Below, piece after piece: positions 1 through 9,190 of a stretch of DNA of 64,000 nucleotides. The notes under the pieces were generated by a model. It saw only the letters and a list, made by a program, of their open reading frames with translations. It was not told the DNA's origin and did not search any database. The position numbers and the translations under genes are program-made. Numbering within the stretch: the stretch's first letter is position 1; each line of letters starts with the position of its first letter. The DNA is taken from the IMG/VR virus record IMGVR_UViG_3300010401_000001, positions 1-64,000 of that record. The stretch is one strand, 5' to 3'. Source of the stretch: a virus.

Positions 1-668
1 AGCGATCCCGCGAGTGGCCGACCGCACGCGATGGCACCGCCGTGCGGCTCTGTCGGATCCGGTCGGCACCGCCCGCGGTGACCGGCCGGCAGCGGGCACA
101 GGTCGGTGCGCGGCATCGGCCGCTGGTTGTACTCGCTGGCCCACCTCACCGGCTTCGCTTCCAGCACCTCGTGGCACTCGATCAACGCGCACAGGCCACT
201 CGCTCCTCCAGAGATGTTGATGCTGGCGACGGTTACCCGGTCAACGATCACCGTCGGCGTGTACAGCCGACGTACGATGCCGTGACTGACCTCGATCCGA
301 TCGAATACGTCAACATCACCGACGCAATCGATCCGGACGTAGCGAGGTCCCGATGACTTTCCGTAGGCATACTTCACGTCCGGCCAGGGAAACGGCTCGC
401 ATAACTCATCAATGGTACGCATAGCGAGCGCGACGTCACCGAGCACGACCATGCCGCGGTCCCCGAGGTTCGCTCGCAGCGCTCGCTTCGCGCGATCAAT
501 CTCGAGGTCGAGCCGCGCACCGGTCGCGGCGTCGGTCATACCGTCCTCTCGCCAGTCTCCGAGCACCGCCTCGCACGCGTGCAGGTCGTCGAGCAGGGCC
601 TGCGTGTCGGGCGGGATCAGGCGCCCAGCCTGCAGCTGGGCCGCGTTACAGTAGCGTGCGCCGGTCAC
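1..668 (-). CDS. Hypothetical protein, runs off left edge
   Basis: Hand translation: open frame from GTG at 668 (GTGA overlap with a small upstream ORF) to position 1 with no stop. Confidence 0.55.
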   Translation of the reverse strand, partial: MTGARYCNAAQLQAGRLIPPDTQALLDDLHACEAVLGDWREDGMTDAATGARLDLEIDRAKRALRANLGDRGMVVLGDVALAMRTIDELCEPFPWPDVKYAYGKSSGPRYVRIDCVGDVDVFDRIEVSHGIVRRLYTPTVIVDRVTVASINISGGASGLCALIECHEVLEAKPVRWASEYNQRPMPRTDLCPLPAGHRGRCRPDPTEPHGGAIACGRPLAGS

Positions 669-773
669 GAGAACTTCCTCGGGCGCCAGCCGTGACGTGC
701 GAACCACACACGGGCGATCTGCCGCCACAGATATGCGAACGCCGACCATCTCTCGTGGTCGTACACGTCCACC

Positions 774-893
774 TCAGCCCTCCTCGTCATCACGCCCGCT
801 CCGCGACCACGGGACGACCGCGCTCAGCGTGCTGAGCATCGCTACCACGATGAGCAGCGTAACGATGGGATGCTCGAGAGCGAACTCCTGCAT
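774..893 (-). CDS. Small membrane peptide (39 aa)
   Basis: MQEFALEHPIVTLLIVVAMLSTLSAVVPW..., one hydrophobic helix. Confidence 0.45.
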   Translation of the reverse strand: MQEFALEHPIVTLLIVVAMLSTLSAVVPWSRSGRDDEEG

Positions 894-934
894 CCGCCCA
901 CCGTAGCCGAGCGCGGCGCGGCGCGCCAGAGCGA

Positions 935-1130
935 TCATCCAGCAGCGGGTGCGGACGGCGGGCTCAGCGTAGCGATCGCCGCATCGACCTTGGCCGCCTC
1001 GGCGCTAGCCGCGTCGATGGTAGCCTGCAGCGTAGTGGCCGCCGCGGCGTCGCCGGCCTGCAGCGCTGCGACCTGGTTCTGCGCCGCCTTGAGCTGGTCG
1101 CGCAGCGTCTGGATGGAGGGCGGCAGTCTT
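935..1130 (-). pseudogene. Start-less C-terminal remnant of an Ala/Gln-rich coiled-coil protein
   Basis: Frame SIQTLRDQLKAAQNQVAALQAGDAAAATTLQATIDAASAEAAKVDAAIATL has protein-like codon use, but an upstream in-frame TGA and no ATG/GTG/TTG start. Confidence 0.4.
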
Positions 1131-1578
1131 CCGGGGGCGTCGCCGGTCAGCCGGCGGCGATTTCGCTCCCGCGTATGTCCGATGTAAAATCACCGCGTTA
1201 TCAGTTTTTCCCCGTATTTCGCTCCCGCCCACCACGGCGATGCCGTCCTCGATAATGCCTGCTCTAACCTTCACGCCGTAGATGGTCACGCCGTGCTCGT
1301 CGCTCCGCACGCGGCGCGCGTCTGCCCCGAGGCACTGGCTGCAGCTGGACGGAGAGCTGTTCCGGCCGTGCGGGGCTTTGCACGTTTTTCGGTTTCTCGA
1401 CGGGAAAACCGTGCAGCGCTTAGCAAAAACGTGCAGCCGAGCGCCGGGTGGTGTCCTAATTTGGCTCGCGAGCTCTTTTCTCGTCGAGCTCCCCTACCTT
1501 GGAGAGCATGGATGAAGCAGCAAACGCGACGCTCAGAACCCCATCCCTGATCACCATCGCCGCGCGGGCGGTGGTTCC

Positions 1579-1887
1579 ATGAGCCGCACCCGGGCGATCA
1601 CGAAGGCCATGCCGAAGCGGCTACCGTCGCGGGCGGACTTCGACACCCACGTGGGCGGGGCACGCCTCGCCATCGGCCGCGCCGAGGCCATCACCTACGC
1701 CTTGCACAGCTACTTCGACGAGCGGCACGTCACCACCGCCGATGACGCCGTAGCCGAGCGTCGCGTGTCCCACCTGATCGACATGGCGGCGGTGGCCACC
1801 GTCGAGGCGTTCGAGGAGCTCGACCGCGCGGCCGATGCCCTCGGGCGCGGGGATGGCGTCCCGGACGCGGACTGGGGCGACGCGTGA
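1579..1887 (+). CDS. Hypothetical protein
   Basis: ORF with good codon bias; GTGA overlap with next gene. Confidence 0.55.
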   Translation: MSRTRAITKAMPKRLPSRADFDTHVGGARLAIGRAEAITYALHSYFDERHVTTADDAVAERRVSHLIDMAAVATVEAFEELDRAADALGRGDGVPDADWGDA

Positions 1888-2102
1888 GCAAGCGTCGCAA
1901 GGCCAAGGCCCGGCCATCGAAGCCGGCCGAGGGAGAGCTCATCGTCAGGGCGCGGACGTTCGCCCTGCTCTGGCGCGTGGCGCACGCGGCCCGCGCCGCG
2001 CTGTGGGCGCCCGAGATGGAGGACTGCGGCGCGGCGGCGTACGTCGTCCTCGACGACGCGATCGACGACCTCGACGCTCACGTCCGGTCGGGAGGTGCGT
2101 GA
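1884..2102 (+). CDS. Hypothetical protein
   Basis: Coupled ORF. Confidence 0.5.
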   Translation: MSKRRKAKARPSKPAEGELIVRARTFALLWRVAHAARAALWAPEMEDCGAAAYVVLDDAIDDLDAHVRSGGA

Positions 2103-2176
2103 TGTCGGCCAGGCACGGGCGGAATTTCAGTGGGCTGTTCTCCGGATCGCGCCCGCGCTACCCTGGCGCGGAGATC

Positions 2177-2479
2177 ATGGACGAAGCTGGTAACGCAGCG
2201 CTGCAAGAAGCGATCAGGCACATGCACGGCTGCGCATCGACCTGGGTGGAGTCGGTTCCGGTGCACGAGACGTTCAACGGCGAAGTCGTCTGGGATGGCG
2301 AGGTCCAGGTCTACGACCTGGTCGGCCACCCGACCGCCAAGCGCGCCTACGCCTGGTCCCACGCCACCGAGGGCACCAAGCGCCGGTTCTACGCCGTGCT
2401 CGGGATCTCGCCCATCGTCGATGCGCTTACCGCGGTCCGTGCGTCGATCGTCGCTGCCGTCGACCGGGGTGTGCTGTGA
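2177..2479 (+). CDS. Conserved hypothetical protein
   Basis: HGC..ESVPVHETF.GEVVW.GEV.V.DL.GHP.AKRAYAWSH pattern recognised as a widespread uncharacterised family. Confidence 0.75.
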   Translation: MDEAGNAALQEAIRHMHGCASTWVESVPVHETFNGEVVWDGEVQVYDLVGHPTAKRAYAWSHATEGTKRRFYAVLGISPIVDALTAVRASIVAAVDRGVL

Positions 2480-2565
2480 TCCAGCGCGCTTCGTCCGATG
2501 AGATCTGAACAGGTGAGCCACGTCTGGCGCGCGTTGCGCGGCACGCGAGCAGATGATACAAGGTA

Positions 2566-2665
2566 GGCGGAAGGCGAGGGACTCGAACCCAACCGGTGGT
2601 ATCAGCACCGGAACCTCATGGGGATGTAAAAACCTCACGCGTGACCTACACGCGGATCGCCTTCC
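2566..2665 (-). tRNA. tRNA-Sec-like / allo-tRNA-like RNA (9-bp acceptor, 3-bp T stem), apparent anticodon UUA, imperfect anticodon arm
   Basis: GGAAGGCGA/TCGCCTTCC acceptor; CGCGTG/CACGCG D stem; CCGGTG/CACCGG variable arm; GGG-TTCGAGT-CCC T arm; G discriminator; ends GCC without the terminal A. Confidence 0.7.
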
Positions 2666-2787
2666 CGGACCGACGCCCCCACCTCGCTTACCCCGCAAGA
2701 GTTTCCGGGGTGGGGGCGCCCACCGATATTTAGAAGCGCCTCGGGCACGGGCGCATCGCTACTACTTTTCCCATAGTCGTCCTTTCG

Positions 2788-3117
2788 TCACTCAGCCTCG
2801 CTGGTTGCCCGATGCAACCCACGGATCAAGTCGACCAATTGCTTTGAGAATCGCGCGTGGGCGTTTTCCAAGATTTCCTTGAAGCCGACCATCGCGCGCG
2901 TGTCCCACTCCCACCAGTCGATAAACGCCTGCGCTTGAGCGGCGTCTTGATTCTCTCCCGGCTTGCTATAGATCTGGTTGTAACTGCGATCTGAATTGAA
3001 CGGCGGGTCCATGTAGCAGAGGTCGACTGACTCGTCGCGAAGGTACTTCCTCATCACTTCCAGGTTGTCGCCATAATAGAGTGCGTTCGACGGCTTCGGC
3101 TTCGAGTCCTTACCCAT
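2788..3117 (-). pseudogene. Truncated N6/N4 DNA methyltransferase
   Basis: LYYGDNL..., VDLCYMDPPFNS catalytic motif; stops at about 110 aa, before any SAM-binding motif. Confidence 0.8.
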
Positions 3118-3247
3118 GGAAAAGATCGTAGTAAGTGCGCTCATCGCGGATCCACTTTCCTCCCTTGCGCTGCGGACGTGCGTGTACATGTGTTCAGATC
3201 TTATAGAAGCGCACCTTGCGCAAGTCCCCGGCCCCGCGTGCGACGGC

Positions 3248-3598
3248 TCACCGCCCCAGGCGACAGCGCCCAGTGCCGCCGCACGTGGGACACCGCTCGC
3301 CGGGCCACCTGCCCGAGAGCACGGCCTCGAGCTTGACCTCCGCCACGAACGCGACCAGCACCGCGACGCGCATCGTGGGCGGGCGCTTGAGCGTCTTCCG
3401 CAGCCCGTCGTAGGTCAGCCCCATCCGACGCGCCAGCTCGCCACGGCCGAGGCGCATGCGGAGGTAGCGGAGCGCGATCCGGACGTGCTCGCGCTGGTCC
3501 TGCGTGAGCACCTCGGGTCGGTGCCGGCGCTCGGCCTCGGGCCGGCGCCACGTGAACTTCTGCTCGAGGATCGACATGGCGACCATCGCGGCATGCAC
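3248..3598 (-). CDS. HTH regulator with C-terminal CxxC
   Basis: ELARRMGLTYDGLRKTL helix-turn-helix; CPTCGG. Confidence 0.6.
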   Translation of the reverse strand: MHAAMVAMSILEQKFTWRRPEAERRHRPEVLTQDQREHVRIALRYLRMRLGRGELARRMGLTYDGLRKTLKRPPTMRVAVLVAFVAEVKLEAVLSGRWPGERCPTCGGTGRCRLGR

Positions 3599-3719
3599 GG
3601 GCGGGATCTGTCCAGGACGGGCTCAAATTAGGACACCACCGAGCGCCGAGCACCGGGATCACTCCACCACGGTTTCCTCGTCCACGAAGTCGTCCGGCGG
3701 GTGGCCGCCTAGTGCCAGA

Positions 3720-3981
3720 TCAACGCGACGGTTTCTGCCCACCGCGCCGGCCCGACTCCGTAACCACCGTGATCCCATTGCTCGACACCGTGGCCAGAAA
3801 CGGCGTGTTACGGGTCGCCACAAAGTTGGACATCTTCCCGTAGCTGTCCTTTGCCAAGGCATACAGCTCGTCGAATTTTAGGTGTCACCACTCGGCCTCC
3901 CGCATCGGTTATCCCCCGCGCGACATGCGGCCCCGCATCCTCGTCGATGACGAAAACGATGCTGGCTTCAGGCAGCCGCAC
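3720..3981 (-). pseudogene. VapC45-type PIN toxin remnant with internal deletion and frameshift
   Basis: N-terminus IVFVIDEDAGPHVARGITDAGGRV overlaps the antitoxin stop; C-terminus ELYALAKDSYGKMSNFVATRNTPFLATVSSNG is in another frame; the middle is missing. Confidence 0.6.
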
Positions 3982-4675
3982 GATGCCATTCGACTGCCTG
4001 ATTAACGATGGACTGCTTCACTACGAACTCCCTGGCCACGCGCGCAGGTGTCTCGCCGGATTCGATGAGGTCGGCGACGATATCGACCGCGACCCCAGTG
4101 CCGGCCATTGTCAGGCGGCCGAACGAGAGATCGGGATCTAGCACCACCGATCGCGGCTCCCCTGCGTCTTTGAGGTACGGGAACAGTCGCTCGGCGAGAC
4201 CGTCAGCATCGCACTCGATACGCTGCAGGCTGTCATCGATCAACTCCTTCATCGCCCGTTGCCCGCCGCCGGCGGTCATATCCACGAGAGCGCCTAACTG
4301 CTTGACGTAGATGTGATACCCGTCGGTGAGGAACTGGTTGGTGAGGAGCGGGCGTGGCATGTCCAACTCCGCGCGCATGTTGTCTATGGCGCGGCGGACA
4401 GCCGTGAGCGGCACCTCGCGAACTCGGCGCAGCGTGTGGAGGACGTACGCCTCGATCAAGTCGTTGAACGTCAGTCGAACCGGATTGCCGTCTGGTAGGT
4501 CGATCAGCGGCCGGAACCGGCCGCTCCGGTTTTGCGCGACCGGATAGTCCATCCCGACGGTCCAGGTCCGAAGCGTCGACGCCGGCATTCGCAGATACGC
4601 CGCCGCCCGCGCCACTGTGTATAGCGGGACTTCGCGCGGATCAGAGTCGCCAAAGATGCTACGAACGCTGCTCAT
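3968..4675 (-). CDS. DUF433 / VapB45-like antitoxin
   Basis: PLYTVARAAAYLRMPASTLRTW HTH; LTFNDLIEAYV; C-terminal VVLDPDLSFGRLTMAGTGV DUF433 motif. Confidence 0.85.
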   Translation of the reverse strand: MSSVRSIFGDSDPREVPLYTVARAAAYLRMPASTLRTWTVGMDYPVAQNRSGRFRPLIDLPDGNPVRLTFNDLIEAYVLHTLRRVREVPLTAVRRAIDNMRAELDMPRPLLTNQFLTDGYHIYVKQLGALVDMTAGGGQRAMKELIDDSLQRIECDADGLAERLFPYLKDAGEPRSVVLDPDLSFGRLTMAGTGVAVDIVADLIESGETPARVAREFVVKQSIVNQAVEWHRAAA

Positions 4676-4807
4676 GGTGGATGCCTCCGAATGGTACCAG
4701 GCGCGCGAGCCTGTGAGCGACTCGGCCCTGGCGATTGCTGACAGCCTAGTGTCAGGTTCGTCAGATCTGAGGAAGTGTCAACGTGCAAAGCTGCCGTGCG
4801 GGCACAT

Positions 4808-5002
4808 CTACGTCGGCACCGATGCCCGCGCGTCGGCGGCTGCGAATGCCTCTTCCCATGTCGCTCCTGACCCGATCGTGCTGGACACGCCGACCGTGCC
4901 GACCACGAACCTCCGCTCGCGCGCAGGGCGACGCAGTCGCATGACCCAAGCTCGCGCACCCCATCTGCGCCGCGCCTCTTCGAGCGCCTGCGCTCTGGTC
5001 AT
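4808..5002 (-). CDS. Hypothetical protein
   Basis: ATGA-coupled to the SNF2 gene. Confidence 0.6.
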   Translation of the reverse strand: MTRAQALEEARRRWGARAWVMRLRRPARERRFVVGTVGVSSTIGSGATWEEAFAAADARASVPT

Positions 5003-6735
5003 GGCGCGAACCCCGCGGGCTGCAGCCCAGCACGCGCCAGCACGTCAGCGGCGAGCCGCCGCATGTGCTCCTCGGCTGCTCCGGTCAGCACCGGCTCGCC
5101 GGCTGCGTCCGGATCGACGATGCCCGTCGCCTGGGCGTCTTTGATTCCCAGCACGTCGGCGATCACCGGATCAGAGCCCTCGTCCGCCACCAGGTAGTAC
5201 GCCGTGACCGGCTCGACCTGGCCGTCGCGATAGGCGCGGCCGATGTCCTGCTCGTGAATCTTCGGAGACCAGTCTAGTTCTCCGATCACGACCGTGTGAC
5301 ACACGTCCTGTAGACCGTCGAGCCCGGCGCCGGCCCGCAGCGACATGACCAGCACGCGCACCTCGCCGGCCACGAACCGGCGCACGCTCTCGGTCTTCTC
5401 GACCTCCGACTCCTCGCCCGTGTACCGCGCCCAGGTTACGCCGTGCTGGTCGAACGCGGAGCACCACAGAGCGTAGACATCGAGGTGCCAGCCGAACAGG
5501 AGCACGCGTTCGCCGGCGTCGACCAGCAACCGGACGTGATCGACCACTGCCGCCGCCTTCCCGATCCCGGTGGCTTGCCGCAAGCGCCAGTCGATCTCCC
5601 CCGACCAGCGCATCAAATCAAAGTTCGTCCCGGACCGCGCGAGCACGCGGCTCGCCAGCTCGGCGACGCTGCGGACAGCCTCGTTGATCCGGCCATGGTC
5701 GACCTCGACATGGAGCCGCACGATCGTCAGGCCGGGCAACTCACGACCGACGTCGCGGCGCGTGCGCCGGATCATCACGCCCGTCGATCGGAGGTACGTG
5801 CCGAGCGCAACCGGATCACGCACGCGATGCTTCTGGCCTTCATAGGTGCACCACTCGCGAAGGAACTCGCTTTCCGCGCCGAGCACGTCCGGTGCGAGCA
5901 CGTTCAGGATCGGCCAGATCTCGTCACCGTAGTTGTACACCGGGGTGCCGGACAACCCGATCCGCAGGTCGGACGCATCGGCGATCGCCTTCGCCGCGAT
6001 GTACTTGTTGGTCCCGCTGCGCCGGAGCTCCTGAACTTCGTCGAAAACGATCGACTTGACGAGCCCGGCGAGCTGCTCCACCCAGCCGTCGAGCTTGTGG
6101 TAGTTTATGATCAGCACGTCGGGTACGTATCCGGCGACCTTGCGGCGCCGGCCGTCCGAGTCGGTCTCGAATCTGGGCTTGTCGAACCGGTACGGCGCGC
6201 GCGTGCGGATCCGGTGCGTCCGCAGCGTGGGCGCGAACCTGGCGAGCTGCGCCTGCCACTGGCGAGGAAGGTATGTCATCGTCACGACCACCGCTGGAAG
6301 CGCGCCAGCAGCGGTCAGCGCGCAGATCGCCGTGACGGTCTTGCCGAGGCCGAGCTGATCCGCAACTAGCAGCCCGCGCGTGCGGAGCGCCAGGTCGGCT
6401 GCGGTGCGCTGGTATTCGCGCGCCGGCTCCGCGAGCTCGAACTGTCGCGGCACGTAGCCCTCGTGCTCGACCTCGCCGACCGCCGCGTTCCGGCGTGCCT
6501 CGTGGTCTACCAGGTTGGCGAAGTCAGCCGCGCACGCCGGGTCAACCTCGAGCGGATACCGCTGCCGGAACCACTCGAGCTCATGCGCCGCGGATGCTGT
6601 CGCCTTGACCTCGAACACGCCAGCGGCGACGCGCTGCGATCCAGCGAACACCCGTTGCAGCTTGATCGCCACGTGCGGCGCGCACTCGATGTGGAACCGG
6701 CGATCGCGGATGGTGATGAGCCCGGCCCGCATCAA
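4999..6735 (-). CDS. SNF2-family helicase
   Basis: LVADQLGLGKT, FDEVQ, LSGTPVYN, QDIGRAYRDGQ motifs. Confidence 0.92.
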   Translation of the reverse strand: MMRAGLITIRDRRFHIECAPHVAIKLQRVFAGSQRVAAGVFEVKATASAAHELEWFRQRYPLEVDPACAADFANLVDHEARRNAAVGEVEHEGYVPRQFELAEPAREYQRTAADLALRTRGLLVADQLGLGKTVTAICALTAAGALPAVVVTMTYLPRQWQAQLARFAPTLRTHRIRTRAPYRFDKPRFETDSDGRRRKVAGYVPDVLIINYHKLDGWVEQLAGLVKSIVFDEVQELRRSGTNKYIAAKAIADASDLRIGLSGTPVYNYGDEIWPILNVLAPDVLGAESEFLREWCTYEGQKHRVRDPVALGTYLRSTGVMIRRTRRDVGRELPGLTIVRLHVEVDHGRINEAVRSVAELASRVLARSGTNFDLMRWSGEIDWRLRQATGIGKAAAVVDHVRLLVDAGERVLLFGWHLDVYALWCSAFDQHGVTWARYTGEESEVEKTESVRRFVAGEVRVLVMSLRAGAGLDGLQDVCHTVVIGELDWSPKIHEQDIGRAYRDGQVEPVTAYYLVADEGSDPVIADVLGIKDAQATGIVDPDAAGEPVLTGAAEEHMRRLAADVLARAGLQPAGFAP

Positions 6736-7106
6736 AACGACCTCAGGGCGATCACGCCGAACGGCTTGCCGCCGAGCTCGTCGGATCCGGCTCGGCGAAG
6801 TTCATTGGCCAGCCGCTGTGACGTGGTAACGACCACCACAGCGGCGACGTCTGGCGATGCCGCGTACCGCTGGGCCTGGCGCTCGACCGACGGCGCCGAC
6901 GCCGCAAGCTTGAGCTCGATGACGACGCGCCCTGTCCCGGGGACCGCAACGAGCAAATCGTACCGGCCATTGCCTGCCTGGACCTCGCGGTCGACGCCGA
7001 GGTCAGCGCGGACCAGGACCGTGGCGATCATATCCTGCAGCTGCCGCTCGTCGGTCGGGCGGAATACGTACTGACCGAGCAACTCGGCGATGCTCGCGAT
7101 CGTCAC
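6732..7106 (-). CDS. PD-(D/E)xK restriction-endonuclease-fold protein
   Basis: E...GRYDLLV...VIELK...QAQRY. Confidence 0.7.
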   Translation of the reverse strand: MTIASIAELLGQYVFRPTDERQLQDMIATVLVRADLGVDREVQAGNGRYDLLVAVPGTGRVVIELKLAASAPSVERQAQRYAASPDVAAVVVVTTSQRLANELRRAGSDELGGKPFGVIALRSF

Positions 7107-7399
7107 GGCTCGAACCTCGCCAACGAGCTCGGCCGGCCGGCGTAGCCACGCGCCCGGGTCGCGCTGCGCAGGTCGTCCTCTGTAACGCCGAGCCCACTGG
7201 CCAGCTCGCGCAGCGGCGTTCCGCACTGTAGGAGCGCGACGGCGACGTCGGCGCCGTAGCTATCGAGCCTGCGCGCCGGCACGGCCTGGACGTGGCACAG
7301 GAACACGCGCTCGTCGGTGACGACGAACAACTCGCTGGTGCCCAGCGCGCGGCCGACCTCGAAAACGCCTTCGTTGCGGAGATCGCTTGTCCTAATCAT
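7103..7399 (-). CDS. Hypothetical protein
   Basis: Coupled ORF in operon. Confidence 0.55.
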   Translation of the reverse strand: MIRTSDLRNEGVFEVGRALGTSELFVVTDERVFLCHVQAVPARRLDSYGADVAVALLQCGTPLRELASGLGVTEDDLRSATRARGYAGRPSSLARFEP

Positions 7400-7907
7400 C
7401 GGAGTAGCCGTCCCATCCGATGCCGCGCAGCTGCTCCTCGGTCCACTTGGGGCTCGGAAGCGCTTTGATCTCCGCGTCGGTCATCGTGCAGACGAAGCGC
7501 CGCCCGCCCTCGGGCTTGACCTCGTGGATCTTGCACGCGTTGCCGTGCTCGACGTCGAGGAACACGCACGGCGTGTCGATGTCGTAGGTCTCGCGCGCGG
7601 TGAGGTACCGCCCGCCGTCCTGCTGGCCGCGCCGAGGGAGCAGCCGGTAACCGTTGCCGTCCTGGATGTCGTCAACAACCAGCGATGACGCGAACAGCTC
7701 ATGCACCGTGACGCCGAGGTGAACGGCAATCCGCCGCTCGTCGCCCGGGAAGAGGTCACACGGGCGTGTCCAGCAGCAGACCCCGCTCTGCTGGCATGTC
7801 GCGGCGCCGCTGACCTTGGCTCGCTGTGGGGATGCGTTATCGGCGATCTGCTGCAGCCGCGCGTGCGTTCGCATTCGGATCATGTGCACAGAGATGAAGT
7901 CCATCAT
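7392..7907 (-). CDS. YkgJ-family cysteine-cluster (Zn/Fe-chelating) protein
   Basis: CQQSGVCC...PCVFL...CKIHEVKP. Confidence 0.75.
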   Translation of the reverse strand: MMDFISVHMIRMRTHARLQQIADNASPQRAKVSGAATCQQSGVCCWTRPCDLFPGDERRIAVHLGVTVHELFASSLVVDDIQDGNGYRLLPRRGQQDGGRYLTARETYDIDTPCVFLDVEHGNACKIHEVKPEGGRRFVCTMTDAEIKALPSPKWTEEQLRGIGWDGYSDD

Positions 7908-8479
7908 TTCCGTTCTCCTATCCTTGTCACCTCATCCGGCCGAGCCGCCGCGAACACCCCGACGCCGACCGCATCGAGGGCGTGGTTGCGGCGCGCCGCC
8001 GGAATCGCCGCGAGCTGCACGCTTGCCTCCCAGCTACCGCCATCGCCCACGTACGCCGCCACGCGACGAAACACCTCGTCGTAGTCGATCTTACCCTTGG
8101 CGTTCGGCTCACGCCCGAGGATTGCCGCCTGCCAGCGCTTCGGCGGCAGCTCGTACAGCTCGAGCTCCAGCGCCGCGGCAGCGCCGGTCAGCGCGCCGAT
8201 CGACATGCACAGCCCGACGGCCATCGTGAAACGGCGCGGGTTGAAGCTCGCCGCCTCGGCCACGACGCCGCGGACCTGGTGCCGGCGCACCAGGTCACGG
8301 ATGAGCGCGGATTGGACGTGTACGCGCGCCTGGCGGTCCGTGGACTTGGCGAAGCTATCGTCGCGCTCCTGGTGAACTACGCCGAGCTCGAGCACGCGGC
8401 AGCTCGGCGAGATCACGGCCCAGCCGAGGTCCCGCGTGCCAGGGTCGAGACCTAGGATATTACCGCTTGACGCGGTCAC
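7904..8479 (-). CDS. ruvC: RuvC-like Holliday junction resolvase
   Basis: ILGLDPGTRDLGWAV, VVAE, HALDAVGVG. Confidence 0.85.
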   Translation of the reverse strand: MTASSGNILGLDPGTRDLGWAVISPSCRVLELGVVHQERDDSFAKSTDRQARVHVQSALIRDLVRRHQVRGVVAEAASFNPRRFTMAVGLCMSIGALTGAAAALELELYELPPKRWQAAILGREPNAKGKIDYDEVFRRVAAYVGDGGSWEASVQLAAIPAARRNHALDAVGVGVFAAARPDEVTRIGERK

Positions 8480-8754
8480 CGGAATGCTCCCGACGCCCGG
8501 ATGCGCCTAACGATCGCCACGAACGCACTTCGGTCGCACTCGTGCGCACCGGCCTTCACCGCCAGTGCTCGCTTACCCTTAGAGATGTCGTAGTGCGGCG
8601 TATTGACGTCCATCGTCCTCGGATCCTGGAACCACTTGCGCGCGACACCGATCTTGTCGGCCATCGCATGAAGCTCATCTGGCGTGTCGGCGATCATGTG
8701 GCACATGACCATCCTGCCGTAGCCCCAAATCAACTTGTCGACGTAGACGCTCAT
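8476..8754 (-). CDS. DUF4031 protein
   Basis: MSVYVD...MCHMIADT.DELHAMA..IG...WFQ...HYDI. Confidence 0.85.
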   Translation of the reverse strand: MSVYVDKLIWGYGRMVMCHMIADTPDELHAMADKIGVARKWFQDPRTMDVNTPHYDISKGKRALAVKAGAHECDRSAFVAIVRRIRASGAFR

Positions 8755-9011
8755 GCCGCCGACCTCGCGGCGCGCCGGCCAAGCACCGCAGCCATACTGG
8801 ATCGCGACTGCTCGACGCGCAGGCACCCGCACGACCTGGTCATTCCACCGGTTAGGTCCGTGCCGCGGACCCGACACTTGTCGCCGCACGTACAGCGGCA
8901 GCGCCACATCGCCTTGCCGTACTGGTCGCTACCTTCGCGTGCGATCGCCATGAGCCGGCCGAACGCGCGTCCGGCAAGGTCAGTGGCGGGACGGCCACCG
9001 GCGTTGCTCAC
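8751..9011 (-). CDS. Stand-alone Zn-binding domain like the N-terminus of HNH/AP2 homing endonucleases; no nuclease domain
   Basis: DLAGRAFGRL...WRCRCTCG...TRSCGC. Confidence 0.7.
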   Translation of the reverse strand: MSNAGGRPATDLAGRAFGRLMAIAREGSDQYGKAMWRCRCTCGDKCRVRGTDLTGGMTRSCGCLRVEQSRSSMAAVLGRRAARSAA

Positions 9012-9190
9012 GACGCCAACACCCCAGGCGCGCTATCACGCATCCGCACGAGCTTGTCGAGAAGCCAGAACTGAGCAGCTGTCCCTTGTGGTAGGAGCCC
9101 GTCCGGCGGACGCGCGATGGACGCTTCGAGGAGTTTGACCAGCACGTCAAGCTCCTCGCGATACAGGATTTCGCGAGCCGGAGCGGTCAC
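9008..9190 (-). CDS. Hypothetical protein
   Basis: Coupled ORF. Confidence 0.55.
   Translation of the reverse strand: MTAPAREILYREELDVLVKLLEASIARPPDGLLPQGTAAQFWLLDKLVRMRDSAPGVLAS

Noticed and set aside
2700-2760. Second suppressor tRNA (TTCTAAA loop on the minus strand)
   Set aside because: No anticodon stem pairing and no T arm.
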